Source of the DNA: the human T2T-CHM13v2.0 reference genome, Homo sapiens
DNA: 64,000 bases
Assembly (NCBI RefSeq): GCF_009914755.1
Contig: NC_060927.1
Reading direction: 5' to 3' (one strand)
The position numbers were made by a program, and so were the translations under genes. The stretch's first letter is position 1. Every line of letters starts with the position of its first letter. Of this stretch, positions 61,166 through 64,000 are shown in pieces. The notes beneath the pieces are model-generated. The model made no database searches. It saw only the letters and a list, made by a program, of their open reading frames with translations, and was not told the origin of the DNA.

Positions 61166-61744
61166 GTTCCTGAGTGCCAGATGATAATACCACCAAAATA
61201 CTATCAAAATCCCACCTAGGCACTTATAGAGATACTTATGTACTATCTCTACAAACTGTATTCTTTGGTGGTTGTATTCTTTCTGCAATATAGCATTCTT
61301 ACTGCAGGAACAGATCTCTTCTTACTGGAGTATAAACTGAATACAAATTCTTTCGATTTGGAAAGCATGTCACTTCTGTAACACCATCAAACATTCTGCA
61401 GGGAGTGGTAGACTGGGACATTCCATTTAATCACCTCCTGCCCAATATCAGTTGAATTTATACTAGGGCCATGAGCTGATAGAGCATCAGGAACTTAGCT
61501 TCCAAAAACCCACTATTGTCATGTCTTCCAAATATTATGATAATGGCATTGGATCACTTGGTAATTGAAATTGAAAACAAATGTAATTAATTACATAATT
61601 TTGAACTATTTAGATTGAATTCTTCTCAAGTTACATCATCACTCTCATGATAGAAATAAAGGATTGAATTAATTCTCTGCCTTTGCTTGACTTACATCTG
61701 AAATTTATGCCTAGTAGTTGTACACACCACAGATTTTCTTTAAA

Positions 61745-64000
61745 AATGTTTTTTTATTTTTAATTTTTATGGGTACATAATAGATATATATATTCATGGA
61801 GTACATGAGATATTTTGCTACGGGCATACAGTGTGTAATAATCACATCACTGGCAAATTGGGTATCCATCACCTTAAGCAATTACCCTTTCTTTGTGTGA
61901 TAAACAATCCAATTATATTATTTTAGTTATCTTAAAATGTACAATTAAATTATTGACTATAGTCCTTCTGTTGTGCTATCAAATATCAGATCTTAGTCAT
62001 TCTTTCTATCTTAGTACCCATTAACCATCTCTACTCCCCTCCCCCAACTATCTTTCCCAGCCTCTAGTAACAATCCTTCTATTTTCTGTCCACATTATTT
62101 TACTTGTCTTAATTTTTAGCTCCCACAAGTAAGTGAGAACATGTGGAGTTTGTCTTTCTGTGCCTGGCTTATTTCACTTAATGAGCTCCAGTTCATCCAT
62201 GCTGTTGCAAATGACAGGATCTCATTCTTTTTTTTTATGGCTGCATAGTACTCTATTGTGTATATGTGCCACATTTTCCTCATCCATTCATCTGTTGATA
62301 GACAGCTAGGTTGCTTCTGAATCTTGGCTATTGTGAATAGTGCTGCAATAAACATGGGAGTGCCGATATCTCTTCAATATACTGATTTCCTTTATTTGGG
62401 GTATATACCTAGGAGTGGAATTGCTGGATCATATGGTAGCTCTATTTTTAGTTTTTTGAGGAACCTCCCGTCTGTTCTCCATAGTGGTTGGATGAATTTA
62501 CATTCCCATGAATAGTGTACAAGGATTCCCTTTTCACCACTTCCTTGCCAGCATTTGTTATTGCCTGTCTTTTGGATATAAGCCATTTTAACTGAGGCAA
62601 GATGATATCTCATTGCAGTTTTGATTTGCATTTCTCTGATGATAAATGATGTTGAGCACCTTTTAATATACCTGTTTGCCATTTGTATGTCTTCTTTTGA
62701 GAAATGTCTATTTAGATCTTTTGCCCATTTTTTGATCAGATTATTAAATTTTTCTCTGATAGAATTGTTTGAACTCCTTATATATTCTGGCTATTAGTCC
62801 CTTGTCAGATGAATAGTTTGCAAATATTTTCTCCCATTCTGTGGGTTGTTTCTTCACTTTGTTGATTGTTTCTTTTGCTGTGCAGAAGCTTTTTAACTTG
62901 ATGTAATCCCATTTGTCAATTTTTGCTTTGGTTTCCTGTGCTTGTGGAGTATCACTCACAAAATCTTTGCCCAGTGCAATGTCCTGGAGAGTTTTCTCAA
63001 ATTTTTTTTGTAGTAGGAGTTTCATGGTTTGAGGTCTTATATTTATGTCTTTAGTTCACTTTGGCTTTATTTTTGTATATGATGAAAGAGAGGGGTCCAG
63101 TCTCATTCCTCAGCATATAGCTATACAGTTTTCCTAGCACCATTTATTGAAGAGACTGTCTTTTGCCCAATGTAAATTTTTGGCATCTTTGTAAAGAATG
63201 AATGCACTATGGATGTGTGGATTTGTTTCTGGGTTTTCTATTCTGTTCCACTGGTCTATATGTCTATTTTTATGCCAGTACCATGCTATTTTGGTTACTA
63301 TACCTCTGTAGTATAACTTAAAGTCAGGTAATATGATTTCTCCAGTTTTGTTCTTTTTGCATAGGATAGCTTTGGCTATTCTGGGTCTTCAGTGGTTTCA
63401 TACACATTTTAGGATTGTTTTTTCCATTTCTGTGAAGAATGTCATTTTTAAAATCGGGATTGGATTGAATCTGTTGATTGTTTGGGGTAATATGGACATT
63501 TTAGCAATATTGATTCTTCCAATCTATGAATATAGAATATCTTTTCATTTTTGGGGTGTTCTCTTCAATTTCTTTCATCAATGCTTTGTAGTTTTCATTG
63601 TAGAGATCTTTCACTTCTTTGGTTCAATTAATTCCTAGGTACTTAATTTTATTTTACTGGTATTACTTTCTTGATTTCTTTTTCAGATTGTTTCCCATTG
63701 GCATATAGACATGCTATTGGTTTTTGCACATTGATTCTGTATTCTGCAACTTTACTGAATTTGTTTATTAGTTCTAAGAGTTTTCCTGTAGATGCTTTAG
63801 GATTTTCCAAATATAAGGTCATGTCATCTGCAAACAATGATAATTTGACTTCTTCCTTTCCAATTTGGATGCCTTTATTTCTTTCTCTTGTCTGATTGCT
63901 GTAGCTAAGACTTCTAGTACTATGTTGAATAACAGTGGTGAAAAAAGGCATTCCTGTTGGCTCCAGATCTTACAGGAAAGGCTTTCAGTTTTTCCCCATT
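61745..64000 (-). mobile_element. L1MA2/3-like element, 3' UTR plus broken ORF2 (runs off the window)
   Basis: ORF fragments [19 protein letters not shown] (RT), [20 protein letters not shown] and [14 protein letters not shown]; L1MA 3' UTR GTACATGAGATATTTTG. Confidence 0.95.

Noticed and set aside
61745-64000. Active L1 reverse transcriptase
   Set aside because: ORF2 is broken into several short frames and the 3' UTR is of an old L1MA type.

Overview
Non-coding primate genomic DNA, probably human or another ape (AluY, AluS and AluJ, THE1B/C, L1PA7-type L1, ERV9/LTR12). It looks intergenic or deep-intronic. Most of the window is interspersed repeats, often nested, many with readable target-site duplications (TSDs). 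I find no credible protein-coding exon, RNA gene or CRISPR array; the listed ORFs are Alu, L1, L2 or LTR read-throughs or chance ORFs. I see no evidence of a complete new biological system. Best leads: (1) two independent MLT2F-like (ERV-L) solo LTRs that each carry a decayed, antisense piece of apolipoprotein A-IV (APOA4) coding sequence; (2) a ~2.0 kb LTR12 solo LTR with a microhomology-joined tandem duplication of its 5' ~310 bp and an intact-looking NF-Y/GATA promoter pointing leftward; (3) a ~2 kb island with no recognisable repeats (43.6-45.7 kb) showing retained CpGs, four TTAATCC K50-homeodomain sites and a hairpin, a candidate developmental enhancer; (4) an AluY/AluSx chimeric Alu with intact TSDs; (5) a tail-to-tail inverted MLT1F pair; (6) a possible very old non-L1 LINE endonuclease remnant. 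Subfamily names come from recalled consensus features, not a database search, and boundaries without TSDs are approximate.
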